Source: Eutreptiella sp. 'Long Island Sound 2002' (lineage: Eukaryota; Protista; Euglenida). From it: DNA of 64,000 nt. A program made the translations under genes and the position numbers. Within the stretch, counting starts at the first letter, position 1. Each line of letters opens with the position of its first letter. Of the stretch, positions 38,101-50,872 are shown in pieces. A model generated the notes under the pieces. It was not told where the DNA came from. It did no database searches and saw nothing but the letters and a program-made list of their open reading frames with translations. The DNA lies in contig OZ038379.1 of the NCBI GenBank assembly GCA_964036045.1, positions 31,248,001 to 31,312,000 of the forward strand, written 5' to 3'.

Positions 38101-39830
38101 CCAATGGACTCGGACCCCCATCCTACGGATTCACAATCCCTCCCCTGCTCGGACCATATGCCAATCTCTTGCCTGGGCTATCGCTAGTATTCTCCCCGCT
38201 TTCTCCACGATGTGTAATTGTGAGAGCGTCTTTTGATAGGGCCCTCATAGTGGCCTGCTCGGACCACTTGGAGTAGCGCCTCTTCTAGAGCCCCCTTGAC
38301 GCCGAGCTCTGAGCGGCCGCGAAAGACCCTCAGGTATTGTTGTATGCCCGCTACGTACGCGTTTTTGCTTCTCTTCTCCAACCTCTTCCATACGGCTGCC
38401 ATTTACCAAATTCCTGCTCCGCTGCGTCCACTGCGTCCAACAAGGCTTCTCGGATCTGGCTGCACTGATTTTTCAACTCCCTGGACATATGGAGCGTGCC
38501 TATCCTCTCGCTGTTCGTGCCCACGCCCCTCTTGCAGGGCTCTCCCGTTGTGCCCCTCGCCCTGCCCTCCGGGCACCGTGCGATCACCAACGATTCAGGA
38601 ACAGTTGAAGTCCTTCCTCTCATGCCACCAGTGTCGTTGTCTACATCTAACACAAAGCTTGCTAAGTGGGGCGCTGCAGTCTGCCCACTTTCATGCTTGC
38701 GATTTGAAGTGACGCTTGCCATTAATTGGTTTACATTCCGGCACCCCACTAGAAGGCCCCCCACCCTGCGGCCTCCAAACCTTTTTCTGGGGGTGGAGTC
38801 TCCACTTGTAGTGGCGCTGCCTGAACTTTGTTCGATGGAGCTTGTCCCACTGTCACTGCTGGAAGAGCCGGACAATCTCCAGTCTTCTTCCCCGCCGCCT
38901 TCTGGGCCCGTCATTTTGCTTTCTTTTGGCCTTCTTCTCACGTCGCTTCTGTTTTTCGCTCTTCGCCCGTGCCTCATCCTTCAAATATTGCTGACCTCAT
39001 TTGTCCATACTCATCGTGATTTCCAAAACACCACGCGCCCCGGGGGGGAATTTCTTCATCCTAGATATTTTGAGCCGATTCGATGGCACCCAGACGCTTG
39101 CGTAGCTTCGGCGCGTTTTTTTTCAACCGCTCTGTGGGGCTTGTCTTGGCCGATTTTCTTCCTGCATCTCGGAGATCATCTTCAGCTATGCGATCGTCAA
39201 GGGTTTCTCTGGTCTGTGAGTTTCCACCCTTCTCGGCCCTATCTCTTTCGCTCTGTGCCCGATCTTGCATGTTCTGTTGATGTTGTGCTCCCAAAATCTG
39301 CACATTGCGCAACATCCACTGCTCCATTCTATGGTTTGTTGCCCCCATTTCGAAAAGGTGCTCTGCTGCCCTCATTTTATACCCCGTCCACAGCTCACAT
39401 GTTGCCGGGACTAGCCACCATCTATCAGCAAGCATTCCACGACATATATCCTGTAATTCTTGGATAATTTGTTCCGACATCGTGGCTTGTGTCACCCCTT
39501 TGAAGACATCATCCACTGCCATGTTGATGAGATCGCGGGGCAGCCATCCCGACCACCCCTCGTAGTGCACCGCCCGGTAGAGTATCAATCGACTCGAGGG
39601 CTGCATCTGACGAATGTAGGTCTTGATGGTTTTGGTGGCTTCCCACTCTGTGCACCTGCGTCATCAGGGGGGGGGGGGGGCACCGGATTTGGTGTTCCAC
39701 CCGCTGGTTGTGTAAATTTGTCCATGGCGCATTCCTACCCCACCATAGCAAAAATTCAAAAACCACTTGAAACAGGCAAAACCATAGTCAAACTACCAAC
39801 ACAGTGTCGCTTGGGAAAGAGGGATTGATC
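35104..39830 (-). mobile_element. Tyrosine-recombinase retroelement A (gag-like, YR, RT/RNase H; VIPER-like order), decayed
   Basis: gag-like ORF from ~39725. YR at ~38400-37560: LLRVSEV, VKN, W.GLR.LG, LVG...LHY. RT at ~36900-36000: IPKDTEKC, YVD(A), LRRAGFLISPKSVCEP. RH at ~35830-35560: AELL, NP..PADR. Boundaries are approximate. Confidence 0.8.
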
Positions 39831-42508
39831 TATCAGAACTACATTTCTCCTGCCAAACTATAACTCCTAACGGTGCATGTGTGTATGGGCAATTCAACCG
39901 TGTAACGGAATGCCGTGCATGTAGTGTGCAGGCACTGCAAAACTTTGTATGTTCGCAACTACTTGAACCCTGGTTGTGGCCCCTTTTTACAAGTTTATTG
40001 TCCCGTAATAGGCTTTTTTACACTTCTTGTGCATTGATGTGGCACAGTTGAATTGCTACCCATTTTCACCCTTTTTCACCCTTTTTAGCCCATGTTCACT
40101 TGATTTTGCTTGCACGTTCTTTGTTACACGTCGATGGTGGATCATAATGATTGGGAATCACCGGACGTCCTATACATTTGCAATGCAAAAAATCTGCAGG
40201 TGGGTTGTTGCACTCTCGCAATCTTTTCGCACAGGTCCCAGACACCACCAGGACGCTAGTAATGGTAATCTGGTTTTATAAAAATTAGGGGGCCACTTTC
40301 AGCAGTTGAAGAAGCTTTGATGTAGTCGTTGGATTGTACCACCATAAATTCTACATGCTATGTTGACACCCTTTCACACCGTCGGTGGCATACCTTTTTT
40401 CTGGTCATTCTAGTAGGGTTGTTACAAATGCAACTACACACATACGAAGTTGCGTATTGAATCGTTTATACCCAAATGCACAGGTACCAAATAGGGTGTT
40501 CCACAGCAAGTGTCGCAAAAAAAAAAAACACCGTTCTGCAGAATGTTCTTTACACTTTACCTCGAAAATGGTGTGTCCATTTCATTCAATCAAAAAAACG
40601 CATTTTAAAGAACGTTCTTTGATGAAATTTGGCTTGTTTGTGTACAAATGCTTTATCCTTACCTTCCCTCCACGATGGTGTCTTTTCTGACAGGGGCCCA
40701 CAGAGAGGTAGAGGGGTAGATGTGTCACTTACTGGTGTACTACACAACCTTTTCGGGCAGGGTCGCGGTGGCCTAAGGGGTTGGCATGCAACAATGGCCC
40801 ACTCCACTCCAAGGACCTCATCATCATAGCTGATGGCGACACACTCCGGGAAGGATGAGAGGCCCACAACAGTGGCAGGCACATGCTCCCCTGTGGTTCC
40901 TCTCAGGTAAAAGACATTACTGCCCGCCGCCAAAAGGTCAGCATTCATTGCCATACGTACTGTGGAAAGCAAAGGAGGCAAAATATGGCCACACCGATAT
41001 TATCGAATGCACACGATGCTACGGCCCCTGTGACCACTTTTGGGCAACATTCCATGGTAACGCCGTTGTACGCCAACTGGGCCTCAGCCAAATCGCGCAC
41101 CCGCACTGCGAGCACTGCGTGCCAGGCACCCTCTATGCTGGGGCTCGGAAATTGCCTGGGCACTTTACCATTGCCTTTACTAAATGGGATGCCAAGGCTG
41201 CAATACTGATTCCCCTTTGCACTGGTCAGCGGTAGCCGGTCTTGACATTGGCGCAAATCCGTGCACGCTTGGGTCCACACTTCTGCTTTTAGAATGCACA
41301 CACGTCCACGGCCTCTTAACATAGCTAAGAGGCTCGAGCACCGAGACATGATTGCATGTGATTGAATCTTACCGAGTTGCATACCAGGTATGGGTCGGTC
41401 CCACAGAGTGGTGATCAGCCAGGAATGTGTGAGGTACTTGCCACGCAAACAGCGCAATCAGGAAGGGCCCACCAAACAAAGGATCTCAGATCTCAGATCT
41501 TAATACGCAGTGCCAATGAGGCCTGCCTGCGGATTCGCATGACTGCAATGTATGTACATGTGACTGTTTATCAGACCAAAGGGGTGAAATGGGTCAGGGT
41601 TAGACATTCTGACGCACCTGTGCCAGGGGCGTTGCGCAGAAGAAAATGAAGTGAGCGCAGAGTATGGGCACAAAGAAAGACTGGAGTACAAAAGGGAGAA
41701 AATGTTGCACAAAGACGTGATGACAGTATGACAGGTGCAAATGCCGCATGAATTAGGAATGGTCTGCACTCAGCAAACGAACCATCGATGGTATGCTCAG
41801 AGCTCCACGCAAAGGGGGGAGTGGGGCCGAGGGTGCCGGATGTTTGCAGTCCCCCGATCTCCCCCAATCTCCAATCTCCCCCCCAATGGTGAAGTGGACC
41901 CCACAGTATGCCATTCGAAGGGCCAAGCGGCCCAGGGCCAACCGAAGAAAGTGCTGGCCACAAAAACATATGGGACATGGCTCCTCAAAATGAACGAGCC
42001 GGAGGGGGTTGCAACACAGTAACGCCGGTACCAGCATTGGTCAGGGTTAGTAATGCATTGTCTGGGCACACCCAGTGGATGCGGAAGGGTATGGACAAGC
42101 ACTCAGTTCAGCAATCAGTAGCAATCGACACAGCAACTACCTGACAGAGTGAGTGTGATCCCAGCCGAGGCAGGGGAGCAGCGTATTGCACGGGGAACAC
42201 CACTGAAGCAGAAAAGCGCCAGGACACCCGTGCCAGCGTCTAGCAGCGTCATGGGATGGTCCATGGCCGGGGTTGTGGGCTCCATAAAGACACCTCACCG
42301 CCCCCCACGAGAAAGATCCATCCACCTGCTGAAAGGAGGGCAGAGATTGCAGAAGCAGGTATCGGCGCTGATGCGCTAGCATCGTCATTCACTCGGAGGC
42401 ACATACCGTGCGGATCCTAAAGTTTCGCGGAATCCTAATTTTTGCGTTGGGTGTTTTGAATTAATAATAAGCAAAAATTCTGCGGCAGCATCCAAAATGG
42501 GCAAAAAA

Positions 42509-43190
42509 GGGCAAAAATTATCTTTTCTTTGCGATCTTTTTTGCGGAACCCATTTTTGCGTAGGGGTTGGACCAAAAATTATTTTTTGCAGTTTTTTTTG
42601 CGTTTTGGGTATTGGGGTTGATTCATTTTGTTGCTACTGCGAGAAACTGTGCAAACCTTGGACTCTGGGATTGCAGTCCATTCCTACACAGGCATACAAA
42701 TGTCGATCAGTTGGACTCTGGGATTGCAGTCCATAGCACAGATAAGCACCAACAAGCATGGTTCAGGTCTACCAGTCCCCCCAGGAGAGACCCTCGGCCC
42801 GCAGGTTTACTCCTTTGTACCAACAAACAAATTTGGATCACAAAAAGACTGGCAACCCAACCCGAACTAGCCCCTTTATCTGCTTTGGGGCACATCAACA
42901 GCCACATTCAAATATCCATGTCACGAACTAGCCCCTTTATCTGCTTTGGGGCACATCAACAGCCACATTCCACTATTTTAACACTTGTGACAATCCCGGA
43001 TGCATCATTGTCTGAAAGCAAAGCAAGGTGCAGAATGGGGCATGAGACACGGAAGAGGGGGACAACAAGCAGTGGGGCAAACTCTCCTGCGATTCTGGCA
43101 TTCTTGCAAAAAGGGGGGCAGGGGCAAAAATCATTTTATTTTTGCGATTTTTTTGCGGAACCCATTTTTGCGTAAGGTATGAAGCCAATA
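42509..43190. repeat. Cluster of short dispersed and tandem repeats
   Basis: GGGCAAAAAT...TTTGCGGAACCCATTTTTGCGTA at ~42509 and ~43122. TTGGACTCTGGGATTGCAGTCCAT twice (~42658, ~42711). A 47-bp CGAACTAGCCCC...CACATTC twice (~42863, ~42923). Confidence 0.75.
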
Positions 43191-45866
43191 ATTCATTTTT
43201 TTTGCGTTTTATTTTTTTTGCGGACAACAACACCTTGTGCCAGGAATTAAATATTTTTGCAAATCTTCAGGATTTGCACGGTAGTTGACAACATTGTTTT
43301 CTTCGTCTTATTCCTTTTCTTTTCTTGTAGCGGAGAATGGGAAGAGCGGAAGCGTGGGGGAGCGGGGGGCTTGAGGGGGGGGGGGGACGGGGATTCCAGG
43401 AGACCCTAGGCATCTCACATACGTTGGGCTCGTCCAAGAATGAGGAGCTGGAGCCACAATATCTTGGCTACAGAGGCCCAGGCACGACGGTGGCAATGAT
43501 GCGGCACTGATGTGAGTGTACAACACATGTCCGATCACGCAGTTGTGACCACCGTGTGACCGGCCCAAATAAACGCCACGTTGCCCCCCTTCTGGAGCAG
43601 GAAATCACTGGGCAGCAGTCACCCAAAAGAATCACATCGCCTGGGCACCATCAGGCCATCCCACGTCGGATGAACGTTCTGTTGCTTCGCCACCAGCGCG
43701 CCGACAAGCACGAGCACCAGGCTCTTTCTGCAACGCTTCACATCCCGAGGAAGGCTGGGGTGAGGGTGGGGCCATGGGGGGGGGGCCATTTCTTACATAG
43801 CCCTGTGCGCACATCGGTACGAAGTGGTGCGCGCCTGAAGCGCCTCTCGCTGTGTGCGTTCAGCGCTTGTGAGACGTGCCTGATTGTGGTGCAGTGCTGC
43901 CTGTCGCAGTGCGCATGGGCTTGTTCCCGCGGGATGCTCGTACGGCGCGCAGGCCTTGGAAGTTCTTCAGTGCAGGAGGACCGCGGTTGTGATTCTCTGG
44001 ACCTCCTACCCACGCATCTCCTCGGCGGGTGGGAACGGCAGTGCGCCAGTTCCCGCATGCCTGGAAAGCCACATTGGGACAAGATGAGCAGAAACCGAAA
44101 ACACAGAGACGTAGACCCGAAGCTGCTCAGTTGCAGTGCAGGAAGCAACAGGTCACCGCTTACAGCCCCGTAATTTACAGTATGGACGTGAGTCATTGAA
44201 CAGAGGCGAAAATCTGTCAGGATAACATTCGTCCAACTGTGGATCATGTGGTCAAGCCTTTGAGGTGGCAGTTCAGAGCCTGCCGTATCTGGCCCCTAAG
44301 GCAGGCTGACTGCACCAAAGAGAAGCGCCCATACAGTTTTCTCAACTCATTCAGTGCAAAAAGCGATCACCTAAAACAACGTCAGGACAGTGCCTGGGCC
44401 GGGACCCCTGGTACCCATGTCTCATGGCACTCTGGGGCTGCAAACATTAGCCTGTCAGCCTGGCTCCAATGCAGGCTGACCGCAAACTGCCTCAGAAATT
44501 GCAGTGCAATTGCTGCACAATTGCTGCAGCTTGGGACAGCACTTGAGGCACCTTCTCAGGGTATGTGCAAAACAGGTGCGGTTGTGTACATTGGATGGGA
44601 TATAGTGACCGGCGCTTTGGCATCTCTGTGAACGGATGCTGTACTTTCCTGGAGGTGTCTGGATGGATCCTATGATTTCCTGGAGGCCCTGGATGGATGT
44701 TGGACCACCCTGCCCATCCCCAAGAAGATTCCTATACAAATAATTGACCAACACTATTGTGCACCACCACAGGGTTGCTAACTGCCCATTGGGGTTGTTC
44801 ACGGTGCTCTTGTGACGGTACTGTGGTTTGACAGTTTCTCATGCCAATACAACAGTAGGTGCCGGTCGATAGCGCACCCTCTGCCCTGGTTGCATCAGTA
44901 GCCTCCTTGACAGCCTTGGAGTCTTCTGCAGTCAATGCACTTGGTCACCCAGCCTTTTGGAGACATCAGTGCCCTACAACCACAAAACTTTCGAGGGTTG
45001 TAGGGCGTGCGCAGGAGGTTGAGGGCTGGGAGGTCCAGGATGTGGAGTATCAGAGTGAAGGTAAACCGCAACGAGACTGAGGCGCGGCCCCAACATTGTG
45101 CACCTTCACTCACAGCGCCGCAATGTGCGCATAGCTCCACAGAGTCAATGGTTGGGATCCGAATCGAGTCCTATTCAGAGTTGATGGTGTCCAGGTTCAG
45201 AGTAAACTACACACAGAGACGTGCAAATACAGGTGGGGCTGTGTGTGGTGGGGGGGGGGGGAGGGCGCGGTCCATGAAAACCATTTCACACCAACGACAA
45301 CAGCCAGAAAAGCAGTGCCATGCAAGGAATCAGGATGATAGCCCCCCCCTCCCCCCCCAATTGTGCAGAGCACAGACACTGACGGGATGACCACGCAGTG
45401 GCGCTTGCACAATGGGAAGGCCGGCGAGAGGTCCCAGTCCATCATTGGTCGCTTGCCGGTAGCGCAGTTGTACTGTTACAATGTCTCTTGATCGGTGCTT
45501 CCGCAGGACAGACAAGTTCATTCTGCAGCCACACGGGAGTTCTTGCCATTGCAATGGGGAGCGACATCGGGGGTGGATCCACCGCTGCATTGCCACACCG
45601 CAGGACCGGGACGGCCGGTGCAAAGGGTGCTGTGCTCAAACTGGGGACGCGAGCGTCGGCCGATCATCACCAAAGAGAATCAATCACTGGACCAACGATC
45701 ATGTTGTAGGACTCTGTAGGACTCCCGATTCCGTCGGAGGCCCCATCAGCAGGTTTGAGGGCGAGACCTCCGGAGTGCGAGAGATGCGGGCCCTCTCGCG
45801 CTCATTTGGCGACACCCGCTGAAAGGTTGTCCCGGTTGTGGACCGGTAGCAGAACGATTGACACCT

Positions 45867-46388
45867 TCACGTCAGGACCCAAAGGCCATCCTCGCTGTCA
45901 TCGTCACTGCACAGATCGATGACACAGGGGCTGGGGCTGGACCCGAAGGGGCTGAATGCGGTGGCAGTCCGCTGGCGCTGATCGGGAGCATCAGAGTTAA
46001 GCTTAGCATCAACAGTGGCACGGGGCAGGAGCGACAGCGGGGGCTCGCTGCGCTGTGCACCCGGTGACGGGGCAGTGGTGGGGGCAGACAGCGATGCCGC
46101 GGCACTCCCACCAGGACCATGGGAAGGGCTCGGGAGGGAGTTACGGTTAGGGGTCTGGATCGACGCAGCGCCGGGGCTGCCGTGCGCAGTACCGCCGGGA
46201 GCTGAATCAACCGCAGCTTCGCAGTCGGCTGCGGGAGTGCAAGACCACTTTCGCCTGCGCGGGTCCCACTGCACTTGACGGGAAGGGCAAGCGCGCAGTT
46301 GGCTCACTGCGTCTCGCGCCCTTGCCTTTGTACAGCCGGAGATCTCAACGAACTTTGAGATCAGCTCCGGAGTGGCAAGCCATTCCAC
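45867..46388 (-). pseudogene. Possible exon encoding a UBA-like helix bundle and a SIM-like acidic motif
   Basis: Polypyrimidine tract plus CAG acceptor in frame at 46389, then ELISKFVEISGCTKARARDAV and VIDLCSDDDSED. The downstream frame is interrupted by stops. Confidence 0.35.
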
Positions 46389-47899
46389 CTGCGCAGGAGC
46401 GGGAGGAGAGGAGGACAGAGAGATCGTCATACAGATACACTAAGGGGACGCAACAGAGAGATGGCAACCGGGACGCATTGGCACGTGTGGTCCCAGTCAT
46501 GACTCGGCCCCGGGGGTCGGAATAACATGCGTCTGCCCATGTATGTGAGAATTGTATGATTACGATTTGAGCTCAGATATTGTGGACCGGTCTGTGTACG
46601 GCAGATGGATGCATCAGTGCGCTCATTTCGGGCGGGGTTCGGGACACCGGTGGCGGATGGGGGCACCCCCTCTCATTGAACGCTTTCTGTTGACTTCGCT
46701 GAGACCCACTGCCACAGACATCTACCGGCTTGATTGAAGACCTCACTGCCAACAAAGGACTCCGCCATTTGTTGCCTTGGGGCACAGCTATGGCATGTGC
46801 ACCATCACAACCGAACACATTGACTCCAGATCATGCACATCATTTTCGTGGTTTCAAATTAAGGCTATTGGGCTGGTGTGCCGCAATTTGTGGCTGTGCG
46901 CTCGTGCCCACATTTCTTAGAGAGGGTGCTTCTGGGCGCGGCAAATGACGTGTTGGTGAAGCGGCGCGTGGGAGGCGGGCAAAAAATATGGACAAACATG
47001 GGGATCAAGCGGGTTTGAGGAGTGCTGCCTTGCCCACAAACCCCCGGCAGTCCCATGCACACCTGTGACAAAGCAACAGAAAGCCTTTGGCACAACTCCT
47101 GGACATCAATGAGCTGCTCTCTCTTCGGTCTAAATACGAATGCGTGAATGAGTGTGCAAAGAGGTGTTTCTGCACATCGGCATAATTTGGACGGTCTACT
47201 CCACAAACGGATGACCAGCAGAAAATGCCGCCGCGCATGCACATAGCCCCCGCCCGTCTTGCCCAAGGAAAGACAAAAATACCATAACTCGTAGCATTGC
47301 TCGGTCCGGGGCGCTGTGTGCGCACTGTCCCCCACAATGCTCCTGATAGTGCACTGCCCTTCAAATCAAGGGAGAAGGACATGCGACCAACGTGGTCGCA
47401 CTATGGCAGCCTGATGTTCCAATCCGATGGTTCAATGGCTACAATGGTTGACCCGGAACCCTTCCTCTCCCGGCTCCACTTGAATTACCCAACTCCTCAG
47501 CCCGCCAGCCAGTGCACTCCGCCTTGGACATGCCTCAAGTGCCGCGGCGCGATTGACTGAGCCCATGCCTCCCGATGGCACGGCGGCCGGTGTCGAGAAT
47601 CTGCGAAAAGCCCGAACCAACAATCCTTCGCTCTGGCCCATCAGATTGAGTGCCCCCTGGTGTTGTCTCTGCGGAGTGTCCTCCCAGTGCTATGGGCCAG
47701 GCCATTCCCGACAGTTCTGTACTCAGGCTGGGGACTCTGGAGCCTGGGCATTCCTGAGAGTTTGTGTATGTAGGGGTGGGGGTGGGGGGGAGGGGTGCCA
47801 TAAAGGCTGAGACCTGTGCCAGGCAACACCCCTAGACATGCTGTGGAGCGGTGGTGCCGTTTGGGGGTCTGAGACCTGTGTGTCCCGACAGCAGCCCAA

Positions 47900-50096
47900 A
47901 TTCTATTGCCTTCGGCAAGTCCACCTCGCAGAGAATCTACTCCAAAAACCACACACACAACATAGGGTGAAAACTACAAAAATTCAGCCTAAAACATGCT
48001 TTACATAGCTTGGATGGTCATTTTAAGTGATCACGGTATCATAAAAATAACTTTCGGAAACTTCGGTTTTTGAGCTGCCCATTGTGAAAAACTGCATAAG
48101 CAGGTTGTGTACCCATCCCTTGGGAGCCCCCCCCCCCCCCCCCCGGACCTAATACCAAATAGGGTGAAAAACATGTAAATACAGCATAAAACATGCTTTA
48201 CATAGCTTGGATGGTCATTTCAAGTGATCACAATATCAAAAAAACAAGTTCCGAAAACTTCGGTTTTTGAGCTGTTTAGGCTGAAAAACTGCATAAGCAG
48301 GCTGTGTACCAATCCCTTGGGAGACCCCCCCCCCACCCAATACCCAAATAGGGTGAAAAACACGTAAATACGGCCTAAAACATGCCTTACATGCCTTGGA
48401 TGGTCATTTTGGGTGGTCAGAATATCAAAAAAATAAGTTTCGGAAACTTCGATTTTTGAGCTGCTCAAGGTGAAAAACTGCATAAGCAGGTCGTGTACCC
48501 ATCCCTTGGGAGACCCCCCCCCAGGACCCAATACCCAAATAGGGTGAAAAACACGTAAATACGGCCTAAAATATGCTTTACATACCTTGGATGGTCATTC
48601 TAGATGGTCACAACATCAGGTCACAACAACAAAGATGTTTCCAAAACTTCGATTTTTGAGCTGCCCATTGTGAAAAACTGCATAAGCAGGTTGCGTACCA
48701 ATCCCTTGGGAGACCCCCCCCCCACCTAATACCCGAATAGGGTGAAAAACACGTAAATACGGCCTAACACATGCCTTACATACCTTGGATGGTCATTTAA
48801 GGTGGTCAGAATATCAAAAAAATAAGTTTCGGAAACTTCGATTTTTGAACCGCCCAAGGTGAAAAACTGCATAAGCAGGTTGCGTACCAATCCCTTGGGA
48901 GACCCACCCCCGCACCCAATACTCAAATAAGGTGAAAAACACATAAATACAGCCTAAAACATGCTTTACATACCTTGGATGGTCATTTTAAGTGATCACA
49001 ATATCAAAAAACAAGTTTCGAAAACTTCGATTTTTGAGCTACCCAGGGTGAAAAACTGCATATGCAGGTTGTGTACCAATCCCTTGGGAGACCCCCACCC
49101 CCACCCAATACCCAAATAGGGTGAAAAACACGTAAATACGGCCTAAAACATGCTTTACATAGCTTGCATGGTCATTTTAGGTGATGACAATATCCAAAAG
49201 ATAAGTTTCAAAAACTTCCATTTTGGAGTTGTCCAAAGTGAAAAACTGCATAAGCAGGTTGTGTCCCAATCCCTTGGGAGATCCCCCCCCCCCCCCGGAC
49301 CTAATACCCAAATAGGGTGAAAAACACGTAAATACGGCCTAAAACATGCTTTACATAGCTTGGATGGTCACTTTGGGTGGTCACAATATCAAAAAAATAA
49401 GTTTCGAAAACTCTGATTTTTGAGCTGGCACGGGTGAAAAACTGCATAAGCAGGTTGTGTACAGGCCCATTCACAAGGCCATTATTGGTGGAAACAGACA
49501 TTTCGCATCTTTGGCACGGGTTGTGAACGGCCCTAAGCAAGGCTAGCGACTGCAAAAAACGTCCTTCTGTATCCTAGTAGGCATATACTGTCACAACATC
49601 CCCACTCACACCCCTCAGAGTGGGTACCACGGGGTCACCGAGGTCGCCAAAACCGCCAACATAGCAAAAATGGCTGATAAGTGCATAAACTGCATGAGCG
49701 CTCGTCCCACTCCGCCCCATACAAACCCCATGGAGTCGGGACCCGGAAACACTTTTTCGGCTCAAAATCGAAAAAAACCAAAAGATTCATGATTTTCGAT
49801 CTAAAAAAAGGGGTGGTCATTTTTTTTACCCCCCCCCAACCCCACCCCCCCCCCCTCCCTGAAAACCTGAAAAAAGTGGGTTTCAAGTGGGGGGGGTCTG
49901 GGGGGGTCCGGACCAAAAACTCATTGGGGGATGTGTTTATTGGACAAAATAATGATTTTACAAGGGGTTAAACTAACAATTCAACCCCTTGGGGAGGGTA
50001 CGCGAATAGCCCCAAAAAAGCCAAAATTGGGGGGTATGTGGCGTTTTCCCCATATATACGCCTGCCTGGCTTTGATCTAACAACCTCTGCGAGGTG
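47900..50096 (-). mobile_element. Non-autonomous Helentron/HINE-like element 1 with internal ~190-bp array
   Basis: Asymmetric inverted repeats CACCTCGCAGAG at 47922-47933 and 50085-50096. A 22-bp outer tail at 47900-47921 contains the hairpin TTGCC-TTC-GGCAA. No TSD is evident. Confidence 0.6.
47962..49462. repeat. Tandem array, 8 units of ~189-198 bp
   Basis: Unit starts (ATA(G/A)GGTGAAAA) at 47962, 48159, 48348, 48539, 48737, 48927, 49116 and 49312. Length varies with a poly-C tract. Confidence 0.95.
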
Positions 50097-50716
50097 ATTC
50101 TATTGCCTTTGGCAGTGCACCTCGAAGAGAGGTTGACAGTCAGCCAATCAGTCCCTTAGCCTGGCCAGCAGTCAGTCAGACAGAAACACACAGTTTGGGT
50201 TTTTTGTCAGTGGCAGACGTGGCCCCAAGCAGTGGGGAGTCCAATCACCTCAGCACAAGCAGTGGTCAAACGGTAATGCGGCTGAACTTAACGTTTTTGG
50301 TCGGCGGTTCGAACCCTGATAAGGTTAATATGGCTCCGCCGCCGGCGCCGCCAACAGTCGGCCAGGCTTCGAACCGCCAACCAAAAACTTTGCGTGGGCT
50401 GCGGTACCTTTCGACCACCGGTTGTGTGACAGCAATCCGCTTCCCCACTGCTTGGAGCGTTCTGAGCGAAAACTTTTGACCCCCCCCCCCATCCCCCCCC
50501 ACCCCCCCCTCAAAAAAGTGTTATCCAGTTTTAGGGGGTAGAGGCCTCAGAATCAAAAAATCCATTGGGGGATGGTCTTATTGGGCAAAATAATGATTTT
50601 ACAAGGGGTTGGACATCAAATATCATGCCTTGGGGTATGCTACGCGAATGACCCCAAAAAAGGGGGGTATACAACGCCCGCGCCTGTGCTTGATCTAACA
50701 ACCTCTCTTCGAGGTG
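50097..50716 (-). mobile_element. Non-autonomous Helentron/HINE-like element 2, head-to-tail with element 1
   Basis: Perfect 18-bp inverted repeat CACCTCGAAGAGAGGTTG at 50118-50135 and 50699-50716. A 21-bp tail carries a TGCC-TTT-GGCA hairpin. About 170 bp of subterminal sequence is shared with 49915-50096. Confidence 0.62.
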
Positions 50717-50757
50717 ATTTTCGGTTTTCTTGAGAGAATTCCTGTCTGACTTTTCTG

Positions 50758-50872
50758 TGTGGTGGTGGTGGTGGTGGTGGTGGTGGCGGTGGTGGCGGTG
50801 GTGGTGGCGGTGGTGGTGGTGGTGGTGGTGGTGGTGGTGGTGGTGGTGGTGGTGGTGGTGGTGGTGGTGGTG
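50758..50872. repeat. (GGT)n microsatellite
   Basis: Direct reading, with a few GGC variants. Confidence 0.97.

Noticed and set aside
44455-45140. Possible SET-domain remnant (VNNP..., QEII)
   Set aside because: The motifs are too degenerate and spread over several frames.
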